Assembly: GCA_037379345.1 (NCBI GenBank)
Contig: CM074519.1
Coordinates: 25,756,103-25,820,102, forward strand
Source of the DNA: Perna viridis
Lineage: Eukaryota
Length of the DNA: 64,000 bases
Reading direction: 5' to 3'
Shown: piece by piece, positions 39,120 to 52,351 of the stretch
Layout of the letters: every line of letters starts with the position of its first letter
How positions within the stretch are numbered: position 1 is the first letter of the stretch
Program-made: the position numbers and the translations under genes
Notes under the pieces: model-generated
Database searches by the model: none
The model's input: only the letters and a program-made list of their open reading frames with translations
What the model was told of the DNA's origin: nothing

Positions 39120-41955
39120 ATTAGGTGAAGAAGAGCAGTATCCGAGGAAAATAAATGTCGGAAAGTTCTATGGCCTTTCTACAAGGTACCTTAAAATCAA
39201 CGTAAAAAAGATAATTTCAAGAAAGATAAATTGATTATTAATGGAAGTGAATTTGTTCCACCAGTGACGAACGGAACTGGTATGGAAACGATCGAGAGAC
39301 TGCTATTCGTGAACAAGGAGCTCGACCTTGGTTTGAATTTCAACCAACTCGAGGTCGCGGTAGATCCCGCAGAGGAACCGAGAGACATACATCATCAGGT
39401 CAAGGAGGATCAACGGTTAACAGACAACGACGATCCTCCTTATGACGAGACCAACTCTACCGTAACTGACTTACATTATGAAAACCTTGTCAATAATAAC
39501 ACTGTTGTACTTAAACGTTTGTGGTGTTTAAAATAAAATTTTATACCCTGAGTTTCTAAACAAAAATTATATTATTTGTGTTTTTCCAAAGTTGCCTAAT
39601 AACGTGGTATGTGGATTAATTTACATTCCATCTGAAAACTCTCGATATGCATCAATGATGCATTCAACGTATTGGAATTAGAGTTTCAGATGATTTTTCA
39701 AATGGATTTTTCAAACATTATTTTTTTGGCGACTTCAATAGCAATAGCAGAACTCGTAAATTGCCAGACTATTACATCTCTAAAGAGACAGAAAATAGTG
39801 ATTTCGAGTACGAGTTTTTTTGTTATCATTTGTCTGATATACAGGAACTAGACAATTTGAATATATATCCCAAGAGATAGAATTTCAGTTGACAAAACTA
39901 TAAATAATTATGGAAAGAAATTTTTGTAAAAACAAGAATTTGTTTATATCAAATTGGCAAATATCTAGTGATAGAAATGGTTAAGCAACGAGCAGAAATA
40001 CAAGTGTTGTTGATTGTGCTTTATGTGCTGCAAATATGACGCACAGGGTAAATTGAGGTGTTTGATTTTAGCAGTCTCTGGTCAGATATACAGTGTCCTT
40101 TACATGTAGTTGTTGATATTCACAAACACCAAGACTTGAACGAAAGTTATGAAGAAATGCAAACGAATTAATCTGATAAAAAAGGCCACTGGGATCAAAA
40201 TAGATTCAACAACTATAGAAATAATATTGATTTAAATGGAGTTAAAGAACTAAAATTATATATTTTATCAAAAACTGATGATTTACAAAGTGTAGATCAG
40301 AATTGTATGTATAATATTGTGCTTGAAATAACATATGTTTTGCTCAATTCAGGAAAACAAACATTTGGTGTTCGACGGATCAAAAACGTCCTGAAAAATA
40401 ATCCTGATAAAAATCAAACCAAAGATTGGTTTGACAAGGATCGTTATAGAAAGAGAAAAGATTTTCGAAAAGCACGGAGATTAAACAAACATTAGGCTTC
40501 TAATATTTTTAAATCACGCCTTAAGGCTAGTGAAAAGATCTATAAGAAAACTTTAGATAATAGTATGAGGTATAAAAGCTTGAACTGAAGAAAAGATGGA
40601 ATCTTGGAAAAAAGTAATAACTCCCTGAATTCTGGAAAATCCGAAATAGGGATAGATCAGTGCATAGAAATAATATAGAAATCGATACTTTCTTTGATTA
40701 GTTTAAAGAGGTAAATAAAAATTATGAAGATATACCAAACGTAAATCATCCTGATGATGTTATTGTAGATGCAGAGCTTAACTCCCCCATTACTAAGGAG
40801 AAGGTTATAAGAGCTATCAAAAATGCTAAAAGTAACAAGTCTCCAGCAGATGATTTTGTAATAAATGAATATTAATATGCTACTGATGATGTTATGTCTG
40901 ATGAATATGCGAATGTATCTAATTTTATACTTGATACAGGAGTAATGCCAAAAGGATGGTTTAATGGTCATATTTTTCTCCTATTTTTAAAAATAAAGGT
41001 AGTAAAACATAACCTAAGAATTATAAATCTATAACACACTTATCAAATCTTGGAAAAAATTTTACTTCGATATTGAAGCGTAGGCTGTGTAACTATTTAG
41101 AAAATAGTTTTATATTACTCGAAAATTAAACAGGATTAAGAAATGGATATAGTACATCTGATCATATATTTTCTTTGTATGCCTTATTAGAATTATTAAA
41201 GGTGAAACGAAAGAAATTTCATTGTGCATTCATCGATATTCAAAAAGCGTTTGAATCTATTAAGAGAAACTAACTAATAAGTAAATTATTAGTCAAAAGT
41301 ATAAATGGAAAATTCTTTACAATTATACACTATATGTATAATAACATTAAATCCAGAATTGTTTTTAATTCAAACAAAATCAGATTACTTTCCATGTGGA
41401 ATAAGTGTTCAACAAGGCGAAAATCTGCCTCCTACTCTGTTTTCTGTTTATCTAAATGATTTACAAAATTTATTCGTTTCCAAAAATGTGGTGGGTCTTG
41501 AATCTATCACGGCGGATTTAGAATCTGAACTTGACTTGTTAGAGATTTGTTATTTACTATATGAACAGTTTAGATGAGGTATTCACCGTTTACCAATCAA
41601 GACGGGAAGGTAGCAATGTGTTCCAAGGAACTAGACACTCTGTCAAAAAAAAAAAAAAAATACAATCTTATACAATATTGCAACTGTAATCGGTGCAACC
41701 TTGGTGTGACAGTATCTATTGATCACTTCTTACTGTATTGTCCTTTTTACGGTGACTTGCGAAGGGCATTGTATAATAATCTCAAAATGATACTTTGTCC
41801 AAATGTTAATTTCAATATTTGTGTCAACTTGTCTAAGACATATATAATCAACTAGCTATTGATCGGTAGTTAAGATCTGAGTGAAGAGGAAAATATAAGA
41901 ATCTTTCATCATATGTTTGAATTTTTTATCAAGAGCAAGAGATGTTGTTAACATT
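39120..41955 (+). mobile_element. Decayed LINE (CR1/L2-like): ORF1 end, AP endonuclease, RT and 3' cysteine motif
   Basis: Fragments in correct order: EQYPRKIN...DKLIING (ORF1); CGLIYIPSENSRY, GDFNS, DKTINNYGK (endonuclease); ELNSPIT...KSNKSP, PKNYKSIT, GYSTSDHIF, CAFIDIQKAFESI, VQQGENLPPTLFSVYLNDL (RT); CNRC...HFLLYCPFY (3' end, possibly from a separate copy). Many stops and frameshifts. Confidence 0.85.
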
Positions 41956-44607
41956 TCAATCATTTTATATTCCATTTACAAACATAATTAAACAAAAATT
42001 CATTTTCTATAAATGATTTGTTAATGATTCGTGTATTTGTAAATATTACAATATTTGTAAGCGGTACATATTTTACTCACATTGGTATTGACCTAAGATC
42101 GTTGTTTATCAACTCCGTTTCAGGATTTTTTACGCAAGGACAAACATTGGAACGAATAGGCGCAAAACGTAATGAAATACATGTTATTACATAGGATGGC
42201 AAGTTTATATAAGCATTTTTTTTAGCAAAAAGTTGTTAATAAAAATATTTATTGAAATGCGTTTTTTTGTGTGTCAAAATCGCTATCATCCGCTCAGATC
42301 AGTCGTATACTTGTTCTACACTCCAAAATTGTACATACAGGTTATACTGGTACTTGTGCACATAAACACATAGACACATGTATGAAAACATTCATTAGTG
42401 TTATGTATAATACAGGTATATTCGCGTCATTCACAACCTTCTTTTGGTCATACTTTGCGTCCGTCCAAGCACAACCTTTTATGTGGATTGTAACTGTTTC
42501 TAAATTAGAAACAAAGGTATGTTTTGTGAGTTTCTGACATGCACCAATTATCTCCTGCTTGATTAAAAAAAAATATTTATTATTGGAAAATATGAACCTT
42601 GAAAAGTTCCAAATACAGTCATAATGATCCAATTTTATTTTGTGTATTCATATCAAGTTACAAGTTATATCAACATAAATGTTTCTTGGATATAACAACT
42701 CTACAGAGCGGTAAATAATGAAAAAGACGTGAAAATGTATATATATTTCATCACAATTAAAAATAAATTGTACAATATTACTAACGTCTTCATACTCTTG
42801 AAATGCTTATGTTATAATCTGACTTGTCTTACATGTCAGAAATACACTTGATTGATTGATTTATTGATTGATTACCTTTATTTCCTCCATAGTGGAAGAT
42901 TAGATATTTCAGAAACAAAATTAGCTTTAATACAGACAAAGCTATGTAAACATTATATACACAATTTAAATTGCCATTACAGACATCAAATTAATAAAAT
43001 ACATTTTATGCAGTTGATTTGATATGATGATATATATCATCTAAGTAAGTGGTGAAACAGATCATACGAAAAAGTCGAGTACATTTTTGTGACATATTCT
43101 GCTAAATGCCACATGAGGCGATCCCATTTATTGGACGATAATGCTTTCATGGCAGTCATGACTCCACCCAATATTGACATGACCAGGTCACCATCATGCT
43201 GATAAAAAATATTACGGATTCGTGGACAAGAAGCATATCAACAATCTTATAAAAATCTCTGATCGAACATTTAGAAGTTGTTCGCAAATAAGTACATGTC
43301 TAACAAATGTGTTGAAAAAGATTTGCATATAGAACACATGCCTTGTCTGATTGGAGTCGAACCTACTTTGACAACTGTCATTAATTTCGTGTTCATAAGT
43401 GGTAAGGAAACGGCAAGTATTAGAAGCCTACGTTCAGTCAAATTGGTATGAATACGAGCGTATCGCTGCAAATCAGGTCGTTTTTCAACGCTATGCTTCC
43501 ACTTGTTTTCTGCATAAATATCTGTCGATTGGATGACTATTTTTCTCAAAAGTGGTTTTGGTGGGAAAAAATTGTCTTTTACATAGTTTACGAAAAACAA
43601 AAGCAAGTCGTATTTGCGCAACAGTTCAACAAGGTCATATGTTACTGACGATTTGCTACAGTCTTCAGTCAGCACTTGTGCAACACGTAAATTAAATAAC
43701 TGCTTGAAAACTATCCACTATTAGCACGACAGTCTTCCAAAAAGCAAAAATTTCATCTTGTCAACAAAACCTTCTATAGATTATAGGCCTACGTTTGCAT
43801 TACATGATTCAACAGGACTCCTTTCTGAAAAATTGTAGAATAAATCTTGTTAAGTACCTCTGTGTTACAGCTTGTTAGAGCACTCATTCCTCGAGGATTA
43901 AGTCCGATTTTGTAAAAAAGCATGGAGTTTCTGTTTTTCTAAAACCACCAGTAGATAAGATGTAACATGCATGACACCCTTCATATTCCAGCATAAACAT
44001 AACATAAGAAATAACAATAAATGTAAAATACAAAAATGGTTTATTACCATAATGGTTCTGAATTTGTATTGTTATTTCTACTATAGTTAGTGTTGTATGG
44101 CACGTACTCACGCCAGTAAACTCCATTGGGCCAAAATGAGTAATCATTGTTTACCTTGTCAAAATCATTTTCCGCTATGTTCACTCTCATTGTGTACGTT
44201 GCAGTCCCACGAATCTCTCTTTTCTTGAACATTTTTGTATATGTCGCGTTGAGACCCCTTTTGTTAGCAAACGATTTCATTGCAGCGCTTACAAGATCAC
44301 ACGGTTTGTCACCTCTTACACTGTACAGAACGATGCATATTGTCCTTTTTCGAACGAAGCCCCTTAACTGTGAAGCGTTCTCTTCATTATCGTGGTTTTG
44401 TGTCGGATAATCACAATTTGAAGACGTTGTGATGTGAATAAAATTTCCAATGGTTTGGTACTTTGGGAAATCGCTTGTTTTAAACTATTCATTTTGGTCA
44501 ATTATGTGTGTTTGTTTGTAATTTTTTATGTGTTTATCGTTGTCTCCTTCGAGGACTTCTTTCCCTGAATGACTGTTGCGTTTGCTTGTACCAGTGTCTT
44601 TATATAT

Positions 44608-44858
44608 AGAGTATATAGCGTAGAATCGCGTATTAAGATTTTATTCGCGCAATCACTCTATTTGCACAAACGTGTTGCGCTCTACTCACGACGATACAAG
44701 GAGGTGACGATTCTTTATCTTTTACGATATCACTATATTTTCTGTTTCGCCCTTGAATAAGTTCTTTACACTTGCCGTCGATTGAGTTGAGACGGGTGTA
44801 AATTTTAGACAAGTTTTCCTTCTGAGAAGAACTAGCACTATGCTTTTTGAAATACTCT
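44608..44858. mobile_element. Short dispersed element nested in LINE ORF1 (second copy begins near 47905)
   Basis: 44608-44712 is near-identical to 47905-48008; short inverted termini agagtat / atactct. Confidence 0.55.
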
Positions 44859-45153
44859 GGCGTAATTATGTTGCCTTATTTGCCCCTTCGAGAAACTGGA
44901 AGATAACGTAAATGTCATCCGCTAGTTTTTTGTCACCGAGTGATAATCCACTTTCACGACTAGCTCTTTCGACCAGCTTAGTATTTTCATAAGACGTATG
45001 TCTTGTTCGCACAAGATCAAAAAGTGATTTTCGGATTGGACGCATGTCATGTACATCGTAAGTTTTAACAAGTTCATGTTTGAATGTTTTTCTGTCGAGA
45101 TGACCAAAGTTAGATTGAAGCAAATGATATATATCATTATCATTAAATTGGCT

Positions 45154-45635
45154 ATCAGATATGTCGCAACTGTCATTCATAGTGCTTTGTGAGTTTTGTG
45201 TATTGGCATTAGTTACTACTTCGTTTGAATTGTTATACATACATTCATTGTCAGGATTTACCGTTAGAAAAGTATCACTCATTATGCTGCTACATTGTAC
45301 TTGACATCCACTCACAACTCATAACAATGACGGAATTCACAAATGTCTCGGTGATAAGCATCTGTATTGAACTCAAAAATCGAACGAAGAAGGATTTTGA
45401 TCAGATATGTCGCAACTGTCGTTCATAGTGCTTTGTGAGTTTTGTGTATTGGCATTAGTTACTACTTCGTTTGAATTGTTATACATACATTCATTGTCAG
45501 GATTAACCGTTTGAGAAGTATCACTCATTATACTGCTACAGTGTACTCACAACTCATAACAATGACGGAATTCACAAATGTCTCGGTGATAAGCATCTGT
45601 ATTGAACTCAAAAATCGAACGAAGAAGGATTTTGA
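45154..45635. repeat. Tandem duplication (about 246-bp unit) in the LINE 5' region
   Basis: atcagatatgtcgcaactgtc...gaagaaggattttga occurs twice head-to-tail; the second copy has a short deletion. Confidence 0.9.
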
Positions 45636-47364
45636 ATGTTCGTAAAGGTCGTTTTACTCACAGGACTGTCTTGGTAGAGGGTCTAATGTCCACCACTGAC
45701 GTCTACCATGGGCTCATTGACAGGCAAAACATGCAGCCCCAAAGAGCCGATAGGAGCCGTTTTGATGGAAACCGGGTTAAGGATAACAACACTATAGTTT
45801 TGCCTCAAGAACGTAAGTGTATAATAAGAAAATGTATTAACTAATATACCATATATACAGTTAAAGAGTATCGTTTTCGCTCTGCAAATTTTTGCGCTGC
45901 CATCTTGACTGGTTCCCCAATAGGAAAAAAACTAAAATTCATAAATTGGATTTTCTTGAAATCCATAAGCAAAACAACTGATGGCCAGATTGATGATTGA
46001 TAGAGAAAAAATATGCATTAGGAATACTTTATTTCTCACTACAGACAGAAACATATTCCTACTTTTAGCCAACTGAGATATCCTTATCTCACCCATGAGT
46101 GAGATAACGCGAAGTTTGTTCGTCGAAATAAAACGTTTTGTGACGTCCTGTAAACACAAAGAAATTTCGACATGCAGAGCGTTCTAACTTGGCGTGTTAG
46201 TCACGAAATCAGTTTCAAAATTGAAAAGAATCAACAAGCACCACCAAAAATGTAAGACTGGGAAATCTCAGACACCCTCGGGTAACATTTCATTGTTATA
46301 TAACTTGGCAGAAACTCGTTAGATAACTTGAAATCGAACCCTTGTCAATGGGTGACGGAGATTTCTATGCCTTGCATTCTCAGCAATTTTAGATTCTTTC
46401 TATCTCGACTCACTCCAAGTTCTTAATGCAATAGCTACATTATATGAACAATAGCTGCTTATAAAAATACTTCCGTTTTCATTTATGCCATCCTATGCAA
46501 TTTAAAAGTGACGCTCATTTATAAATAGGTTTGTGATCTGATTGGGTCAATGACTGATAAAATACGTGTTTATGCTCGGTGTTGTAATAATCCACTTGGT
46601 GCATCATGTAACGCCAGACTTTGCAGTGACAGTAATATTAATTGAAAATATATTAAACAAATATGCCTTTACATAAACTGCTTGCTTAGCTTAACAATAT
46701 GTATTTCTTTATATCCTATTCGTCGGCTATTATTCTTTACTCTTTAAATATACCTAAACCTAAAAAAACAACAATATTCTACCATGTACACTGGCTTTAG
46801 TGTCAGGTATTCCGGCTTCCACTTGTTACAGTAAGGCTAAGACTGCTGCTGAGAGAGTGTTATTATTACAATAACCAAATGTGATAATCGCTTCCTATAA
46901 AGTTTCACTAAAACATGGTCTGAAAAATGGTGAAATAAATTTGAATAAATATAATTTTTATTTTGTAAACTACATTCAAACATCATTAAATGGATAAGCC
47001 CCTTTTCTATCTGAATGTAGAAAAACTCAAAGATACGAGAAAATTAAGATGCTGGCGTCATAGTTTACGTAGTGTCCTTTATTTGTAGTTTGTTGGTGAA
47101 TATTCGATGTACAACAATGCATCTCAATGTAGGATTTTTCTTAAAGACAAACGTCATCTAATAAAACGCGCATCACAGTCGACAAATAAGTTGTCGACAA
47201 CAATCAGTAGCGTTTTCACAACTTCTTCTAGACAAGTTTTAGGGTTACCTAGGTTTCGGTTTAGATAAGTTGCACTGCATTTGGCAACATTGTGATGACG
47301 TTGTCATTTTAATTGAACGCTTGTTGAAGGGGACATATGACCAATTTGCTAATGCAGTCTTGGA

Positions 47365-47606
47365 ACCCTACTGTGGTATTCTCCCGGAGTAGGAACCATA
47401 GGGCTCCGCCACAGGAGGCTAAATTGCCCGACCGACTCTCCCTATTTTCAGTGGCAATCAAAATTTGTCGACCCCATTGTCCTTGTGTCCCATCCCTTTT
47501 TCATTTCATCATCATTTCATGTTCATTTTATCATCACTTTCATGTTCATCGTCTGAATATAGCTGAAATAATGCTGCTCGGACGTTAAACCCTAACCAAC
47601 AACAAA
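47365..47606 (+). mobile_element. 5'-truncated copy of the 906-1436 retroposon with a perfect 16-bp TSD
   Basis: ctaatgcagtcttgga at 47349-47364 and 47607-47622; the body aligns to about 1170-1420. Confidence 0.9.
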
Positions 47607-48481
47607 CTAATGCAGTCTTGGATACAACAAGATACATTATACATGTTGTCTTCTCAATTTCATGCATTTGTGATCACGTCTAACCTCTCTTAAATTCTGC
47701 CAGAGTATGTCAGGAAAACTGTTCTTTGACAGCAGATAAAACAGAAATCCTGACAAATTCTGCTCTGGGTCGTAATACACCTCGTCTTATTCTTTGACAG
47801 AAACTGTCCTGGGTCCTGAGAAATACGATAAGGTGTTCTAAACTGTCATACCATGGAAAGTTCCTGACACTATTCTTTTTTTTTTCTTTCTTTTTTTTTG
47901 GCACAGAGTATATAGTGTAGAATCGCGTATTAAGATTTTATTCGCGCAATCACTCTAGTTGCACAAACGTGCTGCGCTCTACTCAGGACGATACCAGGAG
48001 GTGTCGATCGCAAGTGTATAAATAAATATTGAAATTGAGTTCAATTTCTTTGGGTGGATTGGAGTATCCGATGAATTCAAACTGTGCTGTATGATTTTTA
48101 TATGTACATGCATAGTGTACCAAAAAACGAGTTTTATTAACAAATTGTAGCAAACCGAGTTTACGCAACAACTTTTAATGTCCTTGCGCGATCAAGGTTT
48201 GGTACATGTAGCAGCCCGAAACCGCAAGATGACTGCACATAAGCTGTTTTGAAAAACTAATATTCGTTTTCGCCCTCCGAAAACTTAAGCTGAAAATGCT
48301 GACTTACCAATCATATCCATATCTAGAATCATTACTGGGAAGTATTTCACTTCTATATACGTGCCACAGCCCTAGGAAGACGAGAACTTTTTTATATTCT
48401 CGGTAAAACGTGGTGACGTCACTTCTCACATGCCGTTATTTGAATTTTAAATATCAATTTTTATTCCCACGAATTAATTCA

Positions 48482-48720
48482 AGGAGAGAGAGGACGATAT
48501 TGAAATAGAAAGTGAGGAATCAGATGAGATGTTTGAGGCCCCAGACAATGCTCCATGGTTTAGAGTTATTCCGCCTGAGGATGAGGAAAGAAGAAAAATG
48601 TTTAGAGAAGAAGTTGGTCCTAGAAGTGCCCTAAAGCTGATGCAAAGCCAGTTGCATAATTTTCAATATTTTCACCATAGACTTTTAAGGCATATCGTTA
48701 CAGAAACAAATAGGTATATG
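48482..48720 (+). mobile_element. piggyBac transposase N-terminal fragment (decayed)
   Basis: Acidic stretch, then FREEVGPR...LLRHIVTETNRY; IVxETNRY is the conserved start of the piggyBac (DDE_Tnp_1_7) domain. Confidence 0.7.
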
Positions 48721-48796
48721 CTATAATTAATTGCATATAACCTCATCATGGTTGAATCAAGTAGCAAAACATCAAGTACCTGGTTGAAAAATTATA

Positions 48797-48842
48797 TGTG
48801 CTGAACGCGCGTTTCGTCCATATAAGAACCATCAGCGACGCC
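48797..48842 (-). ncRNA. Degenerate minimal type I hammerhead ribozyme motif (Penelope-associated), probably inactive
   Basis: Minus strand ggcgtcg-CTGATGG-ttcttatatggac-GAAA-cgcgcg-tt: the core CUGAUGA is altered to CUGAUGG; palindromic stem III CGCGCG. Confidence 0.5.
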
Positions 48843-49621
48843 TTTGCTCTTGAAATTAGTATAGCATTTTAAAAGCACCAATCTCTAACAAACTGTGCAT
48901 TAAGTACTCTAAGCATGACATAACTACAGCAATGCGTGCACATGACAGTGTGAAATATAACAATGCATGAACATGAAAAAATAATATAAAAGACCAACTG
49001 TAACAATTGGCAACATAGATAGAAATAATTATATGATGCATCTTTCATATCTTTTATTACTTTCAAAAACCGATAAAACGCTGTATAAAACCCAATTCTA
49101 TATGATATCCTATAAACGGCCAAGCTCGGAAACAGTGTCTGACGTTCGAAATTTACTCTAGACGCTGCAGCTACCCTGGTACCCGGGACTACGTTCCAGG
49201 TATTAGCTACTAGCCATACACCGTCACGAGCCTTATATATGTATATATGTAACATACTGAATATTGCGATCGCCCCAGTCTACGCTGCAGCCAACCCTCC
49301 TCATCTGGTTCCCTGGTCAATATCATAAGCGCCCCTAGGATCGCTAAAATGTGGTTATATTTGAGAGAAATTTGTGGAAAGAAAATCTTACCTGGGCGGG
49401 AAAATGATTTTACGTGACGTTATCCGATTGTCAAACGACGTTTAATTTGAATAATGTCAGAGAATTTCGAGCGGCAAGTAAGATAGAAAACGAATGACTT
49501 GATATACGGCAAACAATACTACTCATCTACACCCGGCGATTCGGAAGCAAAACATAACGTTATATACGGTAGCCTATATCGGCCACTCTTATTTATTTAT
49601 TTTTTTTTGAAAACACGAAGT

Positions 49622-49850
49622 GGAAAATTCTAGATTAGAAATTGAAAATTCAAGTTAAAAAGTTGAAAAATTCAAGATAGTAAGTTGAAAATTTCAAAAA
49701 AAAGTTGAAAATTTAAAATAAGACTCTAGCTTTATGTTGACAATTCAAGATATTAACTTTAAAATTAAAAATTATCTTGAAAATGCAAGTTAATTTGGTA
49801 AAATTCAAGGTAACAACTTGACAATTTAAGATAATAACTTGAAAATTCAT
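49622..49850 (+). repeat. Diverged tandem repeat of about 21-22 bp (ttgaaaattcaagataataa-like, about 10 copies)
   Basis: Recurrent ttgaaaattcaag / ttgacaattcaag units. Confidence 0.8.
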
Positions 49851-49859
49851 TTTACATAC

Positions 49860-50620
49860 ACAATGTTACTTATCAAACGGTCCTTTGATAAATCGGGATT
49901 TGTATATATTTGTTCGAATTGTTTTAGATAATTTATTTAGTAACAAAAACACAAAAATACTTTTGATGTGCTTATAGGACTAAAATTCCTGTTATACAAC
50001 ATTTTCATTCTTTGGTGATACCGTTTATAGTAAAGTTTTTTTGGAATTCCCATGAAGACAAATTGTGCACCACTTATTGCGGTCATCTTTCTGTACTGTT
50101 ACGAATCGTTATTTATGGCTGGAATAAATAAAGACCTTTTGAAGAAAAAAAAAAACAGTTAGTAGAAACAATTTATAACATCTTCAGATATTTTGGCTCT
50201 CAACTTCATGTTCATGCTAAAGATATACATGTATAAGTTCATAAATATTGATAATAAAGAATGTTCGATCCTTGGTCATAGCATTCATAACTATAATGGA
50301 GAACTGAATACTAGAATTTACGATAAAAAGGGATGATTTTCATTCCCCATTTATTTTAAAACTATTCATTTTAGATGGTGACGTCCCTTGTCACCATCAT
50401 ATTATAAGGTGGTTACGTATCATGGTACGATTTGCTCGTATTGGTAAAAAATGTTTTGTTTGAATTTTAACGAAATAAATCTTTATATAACCTAGACATT
50501 ATTACATGTTTTGATGTTTTCGAAATCAAAAGCTCGCAAAAACATTCAAAAAAATTTCAACCGATACAAGAATCTCAATCTCAAATATAGATGTACTTGT
50601 AAACGATACTGTACGTGTGG
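49860..50620 (+). mobile_element. Decayed Penelope-like RT fragment
   Basis: GIPMKTNCAPLIAVIFLYCYES (GIPMGTNCAP motif), RIYDK..DDF and DGDVPLSPSY; many frameshifts. Confidence 0.7.
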
Positions 50621-50656
50621 GGATCTGTCAACCTATATATATTCCTATAAAGCATG

Positions 50657-50775
50657 GAAGAATAATCAAGGGAACCAAGGTTATAGCGGTAATCAAAAGA
50701 ATACAATCCAGGGACAAAGACCAGACATGGAAAACAGACATACACAACAAATAACATAAAGTAACTAAAATCCAA
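50657..50775 (-). mobile_element. Penelope-like terminal segment (inverted copy)
   Basis: Reverse complement of about 38835-38935. Confidence 0.8.
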
Positions 50776-52073
50776 ACGCTAAAAACTCCCTCAAAAAGTT
50801 GACTAAACCGTTGAATAGGCCAACTCGTAAGGGATATTGTTATGATATTGTTGTCATATCGTTAAAGATAGCATTTTTAGGGTATCAACGTTTACATAGA
50901 AACAAACACACTATATTCAAAAGTAGTTTTCAGCATGACACGAGTTGTGGCCTTATTCTATGAGTTACATGTATAATGTACCATAGTTCTCAACCCCACA
51001 TGATAAGAGTTGGAATTGATATTACATACAATGAGGATATAACTTTTTTGTATGTTTACATTGGTCTGGAACTGGTATGTCAGTTTACTGCTAGTAGTCC
51101 CGGTGTTTTTTTTGTTTTGGTTTTAACAATGGACTCACATCTTTTTGAACTATTTGCGGGTGCGGTTAATTGTGTTATTTTTTTTCCACAGTAGCCAGAT
51201 TTAAAAAAAATGGAAGGGTTGTGACCACCCCAAAGTAATATTACCTCCGCCGCATTTTTGCGCCTGTCCTGAGTCTGGAATTTCTGGCCTCTGTGTCGCT
51301 TATTGTGTTTTCACTTCCAATTTACTTTTATTTGCTAGAGTACATTGTATATGGGGAACTGTTTCGATGTTTTCGTGTATAATTTGTTTTTGGGCGAACC
51401 GCAACCTGCCCTATGGGTTGAGGGTGTCCTTGTCGTTCATTGAAGACCCATGGGTGGCCTTGAGCTGACATGTTTCATACCGGTGGGGCTGTTGTCTCCA
51501 TATCCATTCTCGTTATATAGTCCATGGACCGCATACACCCTAGGAACCCCTCCCCCTTGAAAACATTTGAAGTATACATTTTTCAACTTCTCTATTATCG
51601 ATAGAATCAAAATTGACCAATTTTCAACACCTATGTTTTGAAAATCGATGTTTTAGCAGAGAGTCATTCACATTTAGTTGGGGTTCGGGGACCACCTGCC
51701 CCAAGCAATAAAGCAAATTTTGTTAAGTTATTAAATGGCAGACAAATATCCATGTGTACTTTGAATGGCCCGGGGTAGATTTTTCATGCACACTTAAAGG
51801 GAAATGTGGGATTCTGGTGAGGCATCATATCAAAGTCCCATTACTTCTGCAAGTGGGGTCAGAGTTTCCCTTTGTGGCCCATAGCCTATTCGTATAAATG
51901 TATACATTTCGATCTCTTTTTAAAAACATGACAGACGAGCAAAGACACTGTTCACTATTATATAACTTCACTTTTAAAGGCTGGATTGGAACAAATGAAG
52001 ATAAGGAAAAACAAATACGAAAATATTATATATTTAATACAAGTACATGTACAAACAACTTCTCCAGTAAAGA

Positions 52074-52351
52074 TCATTCGTATTCGCCCAGATCAAATTC
52101 TTCCACTATTTCGGCTACTGTTCGCAATTCCTCGTCAATTAAAGCCTTGACAAGTAAACTCTTCGTTGCATTTTGTCCATTTATTTCTCTCCACTTCACC
52201 AACATTGAATATGACTTTTGTTCAATTTGTTGATTATTTTGATCAATTATATTAATGTTACTGTTTGAAATATTTAGATAACGACCCACATTTTTCCATT
52301 GGGGTGTTATTTCCTTTGCTATCCGTAAAAAGAGTCTGTTCCAGTTAGAAT
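52074..52351 (-). CDS. Terminal exon encoding the death domain
   Basis: Acceptor tgtctgcttcag, phase 1; LFLRIAKEITPQWKNVGRYLNIS..I..ID..N..IEQKSYSMLVKWRE..G..AT...LVKAL....L...AE matches the FADD/RIP-type death-domain consensus. Confidence 0.92.

Larger units (their letters stand above)
42851..45710 (-). mobile_element. Internally deleted LINE (CR1/L2-like) with (AATC)n tail
   Basis: Tail attgattgatttattgattgatt at 42851-42873; ORF2 C-terminal fragment 43271-43675; ORF1 fragments 44044-44280 (ending ...SFWPNGVYWREY, typical of CR1/L2 ORF1) and 44866-45315; RT core missing; 5' boundary approximate. Confidence 0.7.
42270..46640 (+). pseudogene. Partial duplicate of the LU-domain gene (intron 3 to exon 5), interrupted by a LINE
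   Basis: 42270-42850 aligns to 21808-22790. The exon-4 copy has acceptor CAG>CAT and is cut to 34 nt (42677-42710). The exon-5 copy 46529-46631 reads VCDLIGSMTDKIRVYARCCNNPLGASCNARLCSD. Confidence 0.8.

Noticed and set aside
38747-39124. 125-aa hydrophobic ORF with a near-copy at 50581-50775
   Set aside because: Translation of the Penelope-like terminal repeat, not a gene.
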